Source: Verrucomicrobiota bacterium (GTDB lineage Bacteria > Verrucomicrobiota > Verrucomicrobiia > Limisphaerales > JBBRPK01). From it: 64,000 nucleotides of DNA. The notes beneath the pieces are model-generated. The model saw only the letters and a program-made list of their open reading frames with translations. It did not search any database and was not told where the DNA came from. The stretch is from NCBI GenBank assembly GCA_038228235.1, contig JBBRPK010000007.1, forward strand, positions 5,813-69,812. Direction: 5' to 3'. The translations under genes and the position numbers were made by a program. Shown here piece by piece: positions 11,401 to 20,604 of this stretch. How positions within the stretch are numbered: the first letter of the stretch is position 1; each line of letters begins with the position of its first letter.

Positions 11401-11774
11401 AGTCCGATCTGCCCCATGAGCGCGGCGGGCGAAATCGCCACCAGCACGTACCCGCCGGCCGGGATAGTGGCACCGCTTGGGAAGTTATAACTGATGCCTT
11501 TACTGAGTTGCCACCCGGAAAGGTCCACGTTGACGGAGTTTTGATTATAGAGTTCCACCCATTCTTGCGTCGGCTCGTTCGTGGCGGGATGATACATGAT
11601 CTCGTTGAACACCACGACGCTATCACCCAAAGCGACGCAACCTCCGAGCGCCAACCAGGCCGCGGCAACGCCGACGAAATGTTTCAACCCGGAAAGTCTC
11701 GATGAGAAGGACCGGCACACAGCCGCAATGCGGGCGGCAGAGATCAGGCACTGGACAACGGTTGCCGGGAACAC
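5481..11774 (-). CDS. giant (2097 aa) secreted multidomain protein: 3x lamin-tail domain (LTD), 2x galactose-binding-like module, 2x discoidin-like module, CotH kinase-like domain, thrombospondin-type-3 Ca-binding repeats
   Basis: It has a signal-like segment 'FVGVAAAWLALGGCVALG'. LTD signatures are 'VVFNEIMYHPA..EWVELYN..DLSGWQL', 'LTFNELSP..FWLEVINHG' and 'EEWIELYNRS..DLNGWRI'. The duplicated module reads '..GT(D/N)LG.GWR..DDS.W..TYYFR..DDGA..YLNG.E.YRLN.PAG'. The discoidin-like modules carry 'NLNDGRYGSTSSWS..IAWSRDNG..LRHRFDF..LDEIEVN' and 'NLTDGLYGNSNSWI..FAFGRDN..LRHRYTF..IDELEVN'. The CotH-type region carries 'YISYTVAFP' and 'RAHFLPWDMDFVF'. The Ca-binding repeats read 'DTDGDGMPDVWE' and 'DSDRDGYTDLQEYLAGTDPND'. 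The tail is 'RFYRLVTPQQP'. Confidence 0.85.
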   Translation of the reverse strand: MFPATVVQCLISAARIAAVCRSFSSRLSGLKHFVGVAAAWLALGGCVALGDSVVVFNEIMYHPATNEPTQEWVELYNQNSVNVDLSGWQLSKGISYNFPSGATIPAGGYVLVAISPAALMGQIGLTNVFGPFSGRLSNSGEKLELRDNNNRLMDTVTYGVSGDWPVGPDGGGVSLVKRNVNLASKPPQNWTAGLQIGGTPGAANFSSTPLTAPSHGILGITDTWSYEESGTDLGTGWRGPAFDDSTWASGPALFYAGSGDTPVSKNTPLTPGRTTYYFRRAFLMDNDPMKQLFSFRPIIQDGAVVYLNGTEIYRLNLPAGAVNYSTMAASATLNANWSGPFSIASSNLVQGTNVLAVELHISTGTTNAGLRVNRASGYNVTWDGKDGDFFAVGNPAPAPTNAALASRGVDVITSSNTNLAANLNDGRYGSTSSWSPAATDASPFIILRFNQTIACSSIAWSRDNGNTNEPACGGTCADRSLGNYTFQYTLAADPATVAVNSSNPSNGWTTIATIQYLSAQPGFTPSLRHRFDFTPTNGNPILATGIRLRLATTNTLDEIEVNTPSLPNVHAAFGLELTASDILPAPPHLTFNELSPASSNAFWLEVINHGDQPAELEGIQISRTAQGSPRYIFPAHTLAPGGILSLSQAQLGFGVGNGNKLFLYSRDGFLLLDAVTVQSSPQGRHPDGTGDWIMPALATPGGSNIFVPHNEIVFNEIMYHYRPFDPVPAVTSNSTLLPIDGLWRFNDTGTNLGAGWRASGYDDSAWLIGSALLYVSNSALPATANTHLAPGRSTYYFRTAFNFSGATSNVGLNLRSVVDDGAIFYLNGVEVYRLNMPAGPVTYGTSALAPVGNASFIGPVPLAGSNLVQGLNILAVEVHQFLGSVASTGLTLSGGGLRLVEEGPVLASAPMNLARQPGAAPFVIDSLAGSPIHSYLNLTDGLYGNSNSWIGNSGSPAFAGVRFGGLYSVSSFAFGRDNLGQFSDRTLGLYTLQYTRVTTPDVTTQVTSNADTGWAIVGTLNYHSTGTGFFTSPSLRHRYTFSAVTATGLRLVVPNSGPSAGACIDELEVNPPDTSGDVAFGAELVLTTIVVPATPFTASTEEWIELYNRSANPVDLNGWRIANGILYAFPAATVIPAGGYLVVANDAVALRAKWPEVGPGIVGNFTGKIGAGNTLILMDALGNPANSIQVFASGWSDGGGSSLELIDPRADNNTPDAWADSDETSRSAWQTITYRMASGQTFGNTFWNEFRLGLLDAGEVLVDDVSVIRDPDGVRQQLIQNGDFEGGGAHWRWLGDHRNSRIIPDPDNPANHVLLVCGTAPPRTSHNHIESSFAGNIAPVDGQEYEVSYRARWLAGSPQVGSSAYMQRLSRTAILTLPPRHGTPGAMNSRRLANAGPTFTDLKHTPIIPQTNQAVMVSVRATDPDGVASAALNYRINPGTNFASLAMSAQPDGTWAASIPALGAGTIVQFYISAGDTLGAAAFAPAKGPDSSALYQVADNQGASLPAHELRLIQLDRDRDFVLNATNVMSQGFAGGTLIYDRSEVFYDVGVRLHGSAAGRARDGDDYISYTVAFPPTHLFRGVQAEVNLDRSGRAPTVRWQDEIYIFQMFHHAGIVCQYADLCYFITPKTLHTGTAILQMAAYGGVFVQDQFNVPGAVLNYDITYEPSVTVNGNYEGVKLPVPNLAQVGTDFVDLGNDKEQYRSPFDMRHGAREDNFSGIMRLCQTFGLPQAQFDAQIGAALDVDEALRIAALTVLCGIGDIYFNPNGGLAHNLRLFTPSDGGRAHFLPWDMDFVFSASATSPIYAAPSYNFSKFNNNPATRRLYLGHVYDLCQSVFTPSYMAPWLAHYGSVVGQNYAGGSSYIAARQAFALAQLPAPQPFAITSNNGQDFLTNSATATITGTGWLDIGQLKLQGSTDLLAVAWSSVTNWQARVPLLLGTNPFTFVACDRAGNILGTRSITITTSATGGGVDTDGDGMPDVWELANGLNPYVDNANFDSDRDGYTDLQEYLAGTDPNDPHSLMHLDATNEPFNVRLSFLATAGRSYSVLYRTDPGNGPWSKLADAPPGITSHTVELLLPQAAPAGQRFYRLVTPQQP

Positions 11775-11807
11775 GGCAAAAAGAGTAAAGGGGAAGTCCC
11801 AAAATGG

Positions 11808-11825
11808 TATCCCCCCAAATGGGGG
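11808..11825. repeat. TATCCCCCCAAATGGGGG hairpin motif (copy 1 of 2) in the response-regulator / giant-gene junction
   Basis: It has a C6-AAAT-G5 palindrome. It lies 32 nt downstream of the response-regulator stop (11857) and 34 nt upstream of the giant-gene ATG (11774). It closely resembles 20733-20753. Confidence 0.5.
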
Positions 11826-11856
11826 TAAAGGTCGGCCTCTGCTGGAAAAAGCCTGT

Positions 11857-12489
11857 TTAACGACGAAACTTTATCGCCGCCTCGGTGCGGGATCGGACGT
11901 GCAGTTTGCTATAAACGGCCTTCAGATAGCCGCGCACGGTCTCGGCGCTCAACCCCAGGGCTTCGGCAATCTCCTTATTCGTGTAACCGCGTGAAATGTA
12001 CTCGAGAACGTCCGTCTCGCGTTTGGAAAGGTTCTCCACCCCCTTGTCAGAGGCGCCTTGCCGGCGGAACGACTGCACCACCTTGCGCGCAATGTAGCTG
12101 GACATGGGCGCGCCGCCTCGGTGGACTTCCTCGATGGCCTGCAGAATCCCTTCCGTCGTCGAGCGCTTGAGTAAATAGCCGGACGCGCCCATTTCGAGCG
12201 CGCGAAAGATTCGATCGCTGTCGTCGTAAACCGTCAGCATCACGATGTGGATATCCGGCGCCAGGGACTTGAGTTGACGAACGCACTCCACTCCGGAGAT
12301 GCCTGGCAGGTTGATGTCCATCACCACCACATCGGGTCGGCGGCGCGGCCACAGCTCGAGCGCCTCCTCGCCGGAGGAAAAGGTCGCGACGCACTCGAAG
12401 CCCGCGGCTTCCCCTATCAGATGCGCCAGGTTTTCCCGCACCTGCTTGTCATCCTCCACAATCGCCACCCGGATGCTCAAGAACCCCAC
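11857..12489 (-). CDS. NarL/LuxR-family two-component response regulator
   Basis: REC motifs are 'VAIVEDD', 'DVVVMDINLPGISG' and 'GASGYLLK'. The C-terminal LuxR helix-turn-helix reads 'LSKRETDVLEYISRGYTNKEIAEALGLSAETVRGYLKAVYSKLHV'. The start is either GTG at 12489 or TTG at 12480. Either choice overlaps the kinase stop at 12477-12479. Confidence 0.9.
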   Translation of the reverse strand: MGFLSIRVAIVEDDKQVRENLAHLIGEAAGFECVATFSSGEEALELWPRRRPDVVVMDINLPGISGVECVRQLKSLAPDIHIVMLTVYDDSDRIFRALEMGASGYLLKRSTTEGILQAIEEVHRGGAPMSSYIARKVVQSFRRQGASDKGVENLSKRETDVLEYISRGYTNKEIAEALGLSAETVRGYLKAVYSKLHVRSRTEAAIKFRR

Positions 12490-15400
12490 GCCTTTCCGGT
12501 CTTGGGCAGCGGCAAATGGAGCAGCAGCGAGGTGCCGGACGAAGGATCGCTTTTGAGATCGAAGCTTCCACCGAGATCTTCGATGCGCCGGCGGATGTTG
12601 ACCAAGCCGTCATGGCCGCCGCCCTGCCCGAACGAAGCAGCGATGCCTTTTCCATTGTCAGCAATGTTGATCTTCAATTCACCTTCGTCCATGCGCAACC
12701 GGAGCCAAACTTCGCTGGCGCTGGAATGTTGGACGACATTGTGCAACGCCTCCTTCACAGCGAGAAACAAATGATGCCGGGTTTCGGTGGAAAGCGGATG
12801 CTCCGGCAAATCCGCCGGGATGTCCAGCCGGCATCGAATCGAGGTGGGGCGGAAAAACTCCTCGGCGAACTGTGAGACGTAATTAGCGAAGTTATCCAAC
12901 GAATCGTTGCGCGGGTTCACCGCCCAAACGATCGCATCCATCGCCCGGACCGCTTCGCGCGCGGTGACCGATATCTGGCTCAGGTTGGCCGACACTTCCT
13001 CCGGCTTGTGCCGGTGCTTCTGGCCGACTTCAGTGAGCAAGGCGATGCGGGTCAGGTTCGCGCCCAGTTCGTCGTGGATATCCCTGGCAATGCGTGTGCG
13101 TTCTTGCTCAACCGAATGTTGCTCCAGGACGCGCTGCAACTTCCGCCGCAACCGGCGCACCGCGGTCAAACGCACCATCAAACCGCCGACACCCAGAAAC
13201 ACAATGAGGGCAGACGCATCGAACCACCGGGATTGCCAGAAATGCGGGCGAACCGAAAAGCGGATGGATGCGCCGGCCTCGTTCCAAACACCGTCGTTGT
13301 TGCAGGCCTTGACGCGGAAGATGTAACGCCCCGGCGGCAGATGGGGATACGCTGCCACCCGCTGCGTCTCTGCCTCCACCCAGTCCTTTTCCAAACCGTC
13401 GAGCCGATGCTTAAAACGATTGCGCTCCGGCGCTACGAGGCTCAAGGCGGTGAATCGAAACTCCACGCGTTGCACCCCGGGCCCGAATTCCAGCGCTGAC
13501 CCTGCGGTGTTTGCCATTGGAACTTCCATTCCGTCCGTCAGCACTTGCTCCACTACTACTGGAGGCGGCTTCTCATTCACCGAGATGTTGTGCGGGTCCA
13601 CCATCACCAGGCCCTTGACTGTGGAGAACCACAGATTGCCGTCGCGCGTCTTGAGTCCCGCCGGATAAAATCCTCCGGTGCACTCAAGACTCTCCATGCC
13701 CTCGGCGCGACCATATGAAATTGCATTCACCCGTGAGGCCTTCCCTCCGGCGATAGCTTCGAACTCGCGCGCGGCCACTCGAAATATGCCTTGATTGCAT
13801 CCGAACCAAAGATTGGTCCGATCGTCCTCGAGGATTTGCGAAATCACCTCGTCAGGCAATCCCTGCGAACGGGTGAACGAGGCGATTTTCCCCTCCTGCA
13901 TCCTCGCTAATCCGCCGCCCGTCCCAATCCACAAAACCCCGTTCGCATCGCGATGAAGCGCGCGGATGAAATCGCTCGGCAGACCGTCACGGCGGCCAAA
14001 TGTGGTGAGACGCCCGCGTTCCAATAGTTGGAGCCCCCCTCCGCTTGTCCCCACCCACAAACCTTCGCGCGCCTCCTGCACGAGAGCTGTGACGGGATGG
14101 ACCGGCTTTCCCTTCGAGGGCTGGGCATCGGAAACGTTGCCATCTCGAAATGATTTCAACCCCCCCTGCATCGTGCCCATCCATAAACCGCCGTGGCCGT
14201 CCTCGCAGAGCGCGACCACCGGTTCGTCATTGCCCGGACGCGCCACGGGAAAGTTCTTCACTTCGCGCCCGCGCATCTGAAACAAACCTCCCCCCCATGT
14301 TCCGGCCCATAACGAGCCGTCCCGGCCTGAAAGCAATGACCAGATGCATTCGTTGTCGAGAAGGTAATTGGCATAGTAGGGAGCAAGCACGCCGTTGCGC
14401 CGCGCGCTGAGTCCGCCGCAGTTTGAACCGATCCACAACGTCCCCTCCAGGTCCTCGGCCAGCGACATGACGACATTATGCGCGAGGCCGTCGCGCGTGG
14501 TGAAAGTCGTGAGCTTGCGCGGCTTGACGCGGTTTAATCCGCCGCCAGCGGTTCCCACCCACAGGCTGCCTTCGCTATCCTCGAACAGGCAGCGCACAGA
14601 ATTGTCGGAGAGCCCTTCCTGCGTGGTGAGCGAGGTGAAATGTCCGTGGCGCAACCGGCGCAAACCTCCATTGGCGGTGCCGGCCCACAGGTCGCCGTTG
14701 CGGGTCTCGCGCAAGGCCCAGATCGCTTCGAGCAATTGTCCGGGCTGCTCCCGGTACACTCGCACGGTTTCGTTGCTCACCGCCCCGATGTAGCCATTCA
14801 CCCCCCCGAACCAGAGTTGACCAGAGCGCCCCGCCTCCGCCGCCAGCACGCTGCTAAAAGAACTTGGGTCAAAGCCCCTGGGCTTCGCGAGAGGCCCCTC
14901 GCTGGAGCGCGTGAGAAGCTGATTGTCTGCGACCGCCCAAAGTGTGTTGCTGCCATCCACGCACGTCACTAAAATCGACGACCCGGATGGGGGCCCAAGC
15001 GCGGTTGGTTGAACAAATTTATCCTCGCGCCAACAACTTAGCCCCGCCGGTGTTCCAGCCCAGACTTGGCCGGATCGATCCTGTGCCAGGGTGGTTACCG
15101 TGTCGCTGCGCAAGCCGTCCAGGCGGGTCAGCGAGCGGGATCTGCCATCGCGCAAACCGATCAACCCGCCCCCCTCCGTCCCGATCCAGAGCGTGCCTTC
15201 GCGCCCCGCGAGCAGGCAGAGAACACGCGTGTTCGGCAGCTCCGAGGCTTCCCCGAAAACCTGGAACCGGAGGCCGTCGAAACGCGCCAGCCCATTCAGC
15301 GTTCCGATCCACAGGTACCCATCCGACGTCTGTTCAATCGCCGTGATCGTGTTTCCGGGCAGCCCATCGGCTGTCTGCCACACATCGATGCGATAATCGC

Positions 15401-16136
15401 TCGACGCCTGACCCGCCTCCACCGAGAGCGTGGTGCCGACCGGCGCAAAACGGTTTACCAACGAGCGCGTGATGGAGGCGCCGCTGATTGATTTCGCCTC
15501 GGCCGGGAGCGGTTCGCGATCGGCCGAGGACGCCACCGTGCGCCATATGTTGGTGTCCGTGGCGACCTGAATCTCATACTGCGTGGCCAGGCGATCGATG
15601 AAGTTCCCTTCGCGGTCGCGGCCCCAGACAACCTTGTTGATGCGGGTCGGTAGCGGGAATTCGATCTGCACCCACGCGCCATCGATTCGGTCGGCAATCC
15701 AGCTCCGGCCATTGCCGTAACGACCGTCATTGATGCCTTCGAGTTGATGAATCCCGTAGCCTTGCATTGAGCCGGAGGCTTGCGCGCGCGCGCCGTTCGC
15801 CGCCAGGGCCACGTTGCGCGCTAAACCCTCCGCGGCATAAACCTCCAATTCATCCAGGCAGGGCTCACCTCGGTTCGTGGCGCGGATGGTAAAGCGCAGA
15901 AACTTTGCCTCGACAGGGGCGAATTCTTCCACATTCCGCCGCGGATGCACCGGTTCCCGCAGGGCCGCGGCTGTCGGCAGGGAGAACGCTGCCAAGACAA
16001 GCGCGAGCGTGAAGATTAATTGAGTCACTGGCTTCAATGAGGCATATGCTAAGGCTGGAAACTCTCGACGTAAACAGCTCTCCATCCACATGCGAACGGC
16101 GATCTCAGGGAGCCAGCTACCGGCCAGGCATCCCAT
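12477..16136 (-). CDS. large periplasmic-sensing histidine kinase: discoidin-like domain + beta-propeller repeats + Y_Y_Y domain + HisKA_3/HATPase_c
   Basis: The N-terminal TM/signal is 'VTQLIFTLALVLAAFSLPTAAA', followed by a discoidin-like domain (aa ~76-209). Regulator-propeller repeats include 'DGYLWIGT', 'GTLWIGTEGGGL', 'GSLWVGTAGGGLN' and 'GVLWIGTGGGL'. The Y_Y_Y-like region reads 'YIFRVKACNNDGVWNE' and the second TM is 'ASALIVFLGVGGLMV'. The H-box is 'RIARDIHDELGANLTRI' and the ATPase region reads 'INIADNGKGI..GGHDGLVNIRRRIEDLGGSF'. Alternative starts lie at 16091 and 16085. Confidence 0.9.
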   Translation of the reverse strand: MGCLAGSWLPEIAVRMWMESCLRREFPALAYASLKPVTQLIFTLALVLAAFSLPTAAALREPVHPRRNVEEFAPVEAKFLRFTIRATNRGEPCLDELEVYAAEGLARNVALAANGARAQASGSMQGYGIHQLEGINDGRYGNGRSWIADRIDGAWVQIEFPLPTRINKVVWGRDREGNFIDRLATQYEIQVATDTNIWRTVASSADREPLPAEAKSISGASITRSLVNRFAPVGTTLSVEAGQASSDYRIDVWQTADGLPGNTITAIEQTSDGYLWIGTLNGLARFDGLRFQVFGEASELPNTRVLCLLAGREGTLWIGTEGGGLIGLRDGRSRSLTRLDGLRSDTVTTLAQDRSGQVWAGTPAGLSCWREDKFVQPTALGPPSGSSILVTCVDGSNTLWAVADNQLLTRSSEGPLAKPRGFDPSSFSSVLAAEAGRSGQLWFGGVNGYIGAVSNETVRVYREQPGQLLEAIWALRETRNGDLWAGTANGGLRRLRHGHFTSLTTQEGLSDNSVRCLFEDSEGSLWVGTAGGGLNRVKPRKLTTFTTRDGLAHNVVMSLAEDLEGTLWIGSNCGGLSARRNGVLAPYYANYLLDNECIWSLLSGRDGSLWAGTWGGGLFQMRGREVKNFPVARPGNDEPVVALCEDGHGGLWMGTMQGGLKSFRDGNVSDAQPSKGKPVHPVTALVQEAREGLWVGTSGGGLQLLERGRLTTFGRRDGLPSDFIRALHRDANGVLWIGTGGGLARMQEGKIASFTRSQGLPDEVISQILEDDRTNLWFGCNQGIFRVAAREFEAIAGGKASRVNAISYGRAEGMESLECTGGFYPAGLKTRDGNLWFSTVKGLVMVDPHNISVNEKPPPVVVEQVLTDGMEVPMANTAGSALEFGPGVQRVEFRFTALSLVAPERNRFKHRLDGLEKDWVEAETQRVAAYPHLPPGRYIFRVKACNNDGVWNEAGASIRFSVRPHFWQSRWFDASALIVFLGVGGLMVRLTAVRRLRRKLQRVLEQHSVEQERTRIARDIHDELGANLTRIALLTEVGQKHRHKPEEVSANLSQISVTAREAVRAMDAIVWAVNPRNDSLDNFANYVSQFAEEFFRPTSIRCRLDIPADLPEHPLSTETRHHLFLAVKEALHNVVQHSSASEVWLRLRMDEGELKINIADNGKGIAASFGQGGGHDGLVNIRRRIEDLGGSFDLKSDPSSGTSLLLHLPLPKTGKAWGS

Positions 16137-16192
16137 CCGTCAAAATGGGCCGCCAAATGCCCGCTGAGGCGCTGGGCATTGCGGCATAGCCA

Positions 16193-17695
16193 TCACCCGA
16201 GAATGCCCTTCACAACCTCCCCGTGAACGTCGGTCAAACGACGCTCGAGACCGTTGTGGTAGTAGGTCAACCGCTCGTGATCCAGCCCGAGCAGATGCAG
16301 GATCGTCGCGTGCAGGTCATAAACCGTGACGATGCTCTCGACCGACTTGTAGCCAAACTCGTCCGTAGCGCCGTAGCTGAAACCTTTCTTCACCCCCGCA
16401 CCCGCCATCCAGCAAGTGAAGCCTGCCGGGTTGTGGTCGCGGCCCTGGGCGCCTTTCTGGAAGGTCGGCATGCGTCCGAACTCCGTGCACCAGACCACTA
16501 ACGTGTTGTCGAGCAGGCCGCGCTGCTTGAGATCGATGAGCAGCCCCGCGGTCGGCTTGTCGAGCACCGGACCGTGCAGGCTGTATTGCTTGAAGAGCTC
16601 CTTGTGGCCGTCCCAATTGCTCACGCCTTCGCCGCCGGTCTGGTAGGCGCCGTTGAAGAGCTGCACAAAGCGCACGCCTTTTTCCAGCAACCGCCGGGCG
16701 AGGATGCAATTCCGCGCGTAAGCCGCCCGCGTCTCGTGTACCTTCGAGCCGCCTTCATCCGCTCCGTAAAGCTTCAGGATGTGGGCGGGCTCGCTGGAAA
16801 GATTTGCCACCTCAGGAATCGTGAGCTGCATCCGCGCCGCCAGTTCGTAGCTCGCGATGCGCGCGGCCAGTTCCGTGTCACCCGGAAAACGCTCGGCATG
16901 ATGCTCGTTCAGCTTTTGCAGGAATCCGCGCGTGGCCGAGTCCGAGTTCGCGCTGACGGAGCCCGGCCGCGCCAGATTGCGAATCGGATTGGTCGCATTA
17001 AACTCGGTGCCCTGAAACGAAGCGGGCAAAAATCCCGGCGCCCAATTGTTCACGCTGTTTTGCGGCTTGCCGCGGGGATCGGGAATCGCAACGTAGGCCG
17101 GCAGGCTTTGATCGTCGCTGCCCAGGGCATAGGTCACCCACGCGCCCAGGCTCGGAAAGCCGTCCAGCGCATTGCAAGTGGACATGAAGTTTTCCCCCGG
17201 CCCGTGCGTGTTCGTTTTCCCTTGCATGGAGTGAATGAAACAGATGTCGTCCGCCAGTGCCCCAAGGTGCGGGACCAGATCGGAAATCATCTTGCCGCAC
17301 TGGCCGCGCGGCCGGAACTCCCACGGGCTTTTCGTCAGGGCCCCCTGTTCGCCCTGGAAGGTGATGAGCTTCTCCTGGCCCGGCATTGGCTGACCGTTCC
17401 TGCGAATGAGTTCCGGCTTGTAATCAAAGGTGTCGAGCTGGCTGCAAGCCCCGCTGCAAAAAATGACGATGACGTTCGTGGCGCGGGGTGTAAAATGGGG
17501 TTCGCGCGGCGCATACGGACTGCCCGGATGAATCACCGGTCGAATCGGTTCCTTGCCTGATACTGTTGCCGCCAGCAATCCCTGCCGCCCGAGCAGGTGC
17601 GTGAGGGCGATCGCGCCCAGGCCGATTCCGGTGTCGGCCAGAAATCGGCGGCGATCGAGCAGCGGGCTTTTGAATAAAGGGAAAGGCTGGCTCAT
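16193..17695 (-). CDS. DUF1501 domain protein (sulfatase/alkaline-phosphatase-like fold), Tat-exported
   Basis: It has a Tat signal '[18 protein letters not shown]' and the hallmarks 'WCTEFGRMP' and '[21 protein letters not shown]'. An ATGA overlap (17692-17695) links it to the upstream PSCyt gene. Confidence 0.9.
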   Translation of the reverse strand: MSQPFPLFKSPLLDRRRFLADTGIGLGAIALTHLLGRQGLLAATVSGKEPIRPVIHPGSPYAPREPHFTPRATNVIVIFCSGACSQLDTFDYKPELIRRNGQPMPGQEKLITFQGEQGALTKSPWEFRPRGQCGKMISDLVPHLGALADDICFIHSMQGKTNTHGPGENFMSTCNALDGFPSLGAWVTYALGSDDQSLPAYVAIPDPRGKPQNSVNNWAPGFLPASFQGTEFNATNPIRNLARPGSVSANSDSATRGFLQKLNEHHAERFPGDTELAARIASYELAARMQLTIPEVANLSSEPAHILKLYGADEGGSKVHETRAAYARNCILARRLLEKGVRFVQLFNGAYQTGGEGVSNWDGHKELFKQYSLHGPVLDKPTAGLLIDLKQRGLLDNTLVVWCTEFGRMPTFQKGAQGRDHNPAGFTCWMAGAGVKKGFSYGATDEFGYKSVESIVTVYDLHATILHLLGLDHERLTYYHNGLERRLTDVHGEVVKGILG

Positions 17696-20604
17696 GGGAT
17701 AAAAAGAAATTCGTTCGAGTTAAAAATGGCGCGGCAAAGCGCGGGCAATCCTTCCGCTTTCGTAAACTCCGCCGCCTCTTGCGCTTCCCTCCAGTCAGGC
17801 AGCCGGTTGTAGGCCAGCTTCCAGGCCTGGCGCAGCTGCGCCGCGCTTTCGGGGCCCGCTTCCTTCCGCAACCGCTCCGCGAATGCCTGGGACTCCTGAA
17901 GGATGAACCGGCTGTTAAACAAATTCAACGCCTGCAATGGGGTGGTCGAGACACTCCGTTTGGGCATCACCAGGCTCCCATCCGGGCAATCGAAGGCGCC
18001 GAAGATGCCGTCCTGTTCCATGCGCACCTTGAAGGCATAAACCATCCGGCGGGATTCAGCCCGGGTGAATTGTTCCTTCGGATGATAATGGTAAACATTC
18101 TCCCGATCCACGTCGTGCAGGAAAAAGCTCGGGCCGCCCCGCGTTCGATCGAGCTCGCCGCTCACCGCCAGGATGCCGTCGCGAATGGCTTCCGCCTCCA
18201 GACGGCGCGGCGGAAATCGCCACAGCAACCGGCTGGCCGCATCCACCCTCAACGCCTCCTCGCGCGGCGCGCTCGATTGCCGCCACGTCGCCGAGGTGAG
18301 TATCTCTCGTTGCAGCTTCTTGATGCTCCAGCCTTTGTTCACAAATTCACTCGCCAGCCAGTCCAGCAACTCTGGATTCGCTGGCCGGGCCCCGTTCCTG
18401 CCGAAATCGTTCGGCGTGGTCACAAGACCGACCCCGAAATCCTGCTGCCAGAGACGGTTGACCATCACGCGCGCCGTCAGCGGGTTGCCAGGGTCGGCAA
18501 TCCAGTCAGCCAGTTCCAAACGGCGCCGCTGCTCCGGCGTGTTGGTCGCGAGTGTTAGCGGATGAAATATGGCGAGTGTCCCGGGCGGGACCACCTCGCG
18601 TTTCTGCATCGGATCGCCCCGGTGCAATAGATGCGTGGGACCAGGCTGGGAGAAACTGCCGGCATAAACCATCGGCGCCTTCGCCAGGGAATCCCGCTGC
18701 TGGCGGGATTTCTCCAGCTCCGCCAGCCATTGACGGCCCTGCTCGGCCTCAGGCGGCGGGGCGTCGGTGAAAAGGTAAACGGGACCTGCCGGTTTCTCGA
18801 TCTTCCCTGTGAACGGTTCGCGGTCCTCGGAACTCGCTACGAGCTTCCAGGCGTTCGTAATCAGGGCAGCCTCGATGCGATATTTGGTGGCGACCCTGTC
18901 CTTGAACTGCCCCTCGCGATCACGTCCCCAGACAATGCGCTCAACGCGTTCTGGTTTGGCGAATTCCAACTGCACCCAACCCCTGCCAGTCTCGCTGGAA
19001 ATCCAGGAACGGCTGTTGCCGGTGCGGCCGTCGTTGATATGCGCCAGTTTATGAATCTCGTACCCGGCCAGAGTGCCGGACGCGCTCGCCTTGGTTCCAT
19101 TGGTCGCCAAGGCCACGTTGCGGTCCTCGGACCAGACCTCCAGCTCGTCGATGCACGGTTCGCCGGAAGCTTCGAGAATCGTGAATCGGATAAACTTCGC
19201 CTCACAGGGGGAGATAACTTCTTCATTCCGCAGGGCATTGACGGCCGGACGCAAAGCTTGGCCGGCTGTGTTGGTGACCCCGCGCTCCGGGTTTGCCTTG
19301 GGAATAAAACGCGCTAGGCGGTGTTCCAGCTCTTTAATGCGACCGTCCAGTTTCGTGATCTCCTCCTTCCGCTCCGGTGGCAGCGGCACGGCGCGATCCC
19401 CGTGTTGCACGCCCGCAAATACGGCCACCATCGAGTAATACTCCTGATGCGAAATCGGATCGAACTTGTGCGAGTGACAACGAGCGCAGCCCAGCGTCAA
19501 CCCAAGAAACGCCGTGCCCGTCGTGCCTACCATATCGTCCAGCTCGTCCGCTCGTTGCTGCGACGTCAGCGTGATGTCCGGGCTCTTCACGATATCGACA
19601 GGTCCGCCGACCAGGAAGCCGGTGGCCACATCCATGCCCAGCGCGTCGCCGGCAATCTGTTCGCGAATGAACCGGTTGTAGGGCTTGTCCTCATTGAATG
19701 CGGCGATGACATAGTCGCGGAACCGCCATGCATTGGGCCGCTCGCGATTGGTCTCAAAACCGTTGCTCTCGGCGAAGCGAATGACATCGAGCCAATGCCG
19801 CCCCCAGCGTTCTCCATAGCGCGGGTCATCCAGCACTCTGTCCACGAGCCGCTCGAAGGCTTTCGGCTTTTTATCAGCCAAGAATGCCGTTAATTCCTCC
19901 GGCGTCGGCGGCATGCCGAGCATCACGAAAAAAAGCCGGCGGATGAGAATCGCGCGATCCGCTTCCGGTGACGGGGCGACTTTGACTTCATCGAGCTTGA
20001 CCTGGATGAAGGCATCGATGGGATTGCTATTTGCGGCAATCGCTGCATCACTGTTTCGGGAACCACCGCTATTATTGGTTGTTGAGTGACTTCTCTTCGG
20101 CGTCTGCGGCCTCACTACCGGTTGGAAGGCCCAATGCGATTTAATGGGGTCCTGGTCGGCCCGAGTTTCCTCTGGCCAATTGGCTCCCTGATCGATCCAT
20201 GCCCGCAGGAGGCCGATTTGTGCCGGCGTCAGCGGATCACCCTTGGCCGGCATTTTTATGTCCGGCACAAGACCCGAAACAAGATGAATCAAGGGGCTGC
20301 CGGCGCTGTTGCCGGGCTTGATGGTTGGCGTGTAATTCTCGCCTCCCCTGAGTGCCGTCGCTTTCACATCAAGGCGATATTCCCCTTTCTGTTTCGTCGG
20401 CCCGTGACATGAGAGGCAAGACTTCGCGAACATCGGCTGGATGTCCTTCACGAAATCGACCTGGCGCGTGGCGGCTGGGGGTATCTTGGATGCATCCAGC
20501 GCGGCGCCCGAGCCGGGTCCCGCCAGGCAGGCGAAGGCCAGGAAAAGGATCACGCGGTGTCGTTCGTGGACCGTTTTCCGGCTGAATCTTTTGTTTGTCG
20601 CCAT
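17692..20604 (-). CDS. PSCyt1 / DUF1549 / DUF1553 (PSD1) family protein with an inserted discoidin-like domain
   Basis: The heme motif reads '[18 protein letters not shown]'. DUF1549-type motifs are '[21 protein letters not shown]' and '[18 protein letters not shown]'. A coiled coil '[17 protein letters not shown]' follows, then the inserted domain (aa ~488-617 of the 990-aa ORF). The DUF1553-type C-terminus reads '[23 protein letters not shown]'. The ORF opens at ATG 20664, but I prefer ATG 20604 because it gives a signal peptide ('[34 protein letters not shown]'). Confidence 0.85.
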   Translation of the reverse strand: MATNKRFSRKTVHERHRVILFLAFACLAGPGSGAALDASKIPPAATRQVDFVKDIQPMFAKSCLSCHGPTKQKGEYRLDVKATALRGGENYTPTIKPGNSAGSPLIHLVSGLVPDIKMPAKGDPLTPAQIGLLRAWIDQGANWPEETRADQDPIKSHWAFQPVVRPQTPKRSHSTTNNSGGSRNSDAAIAANSNPIDAFIQVKLDEVKVAPSPEADRAILIRRLFFVMLGMPPTPEELTAFLADKKPKAFERLVDRVLDDPRYGERWGRHWLDVIRFAESNGFETNRERPNAWRFRDYVIAAFNEDKPYNRFIREQIAGDALGMDVATGFLVGGPVDIVKSPDITLTSQQRADELDDMVGTTGTAFLGLTLGCARCHSHKFDPISHQEYYSMVAVFAGVQHGDRAVPLPPERKEEITKLDGRIKELEHRLARFIPKANPERGVTNTAGQALRPAVNALRNEEVISPCEAKFIRFTILEASGEPCIDELEVWSEDRNVALATNGTKASASGTLAGYEIHKLAHINDGRTGNSRSWISSETGRGWVQLEFAKPERVERIVWGRDREGQFKDRVATKYRIEAALITNAWKLVASSEDREPFTGKIEKPAGPVYLFTDAPPPEAEQGRQWLAELEKSRQQRDSLAKAPMVYAGSFSQPGPTHLLHRGDPMQKREVVPPGTLAIFHPLTLATNTPEQRRRLELADWIADPGNPLTARVMVNRLWQQDFGVGLVTTPNDFGRNGARPANPELLDWLASEFVNKGWSIKKLQREILTSATWRQSSAPREEALRVDAASRLLWRFPPRRLEAEAIRDGILAVSGELDRTRGGPSFFLHDVDRENVYHYHPKEQFTRAESRRMVYAFKVRMEQDGIFGAFDCPDGSLVMPKRSVSTTPLQALNLFNSRFILQESQAFAERLRKEAGPESAAQLRQAWKLAYNRLPDWREAQEAAEFTKAEGLPALCRAIFNSNEFLFIP

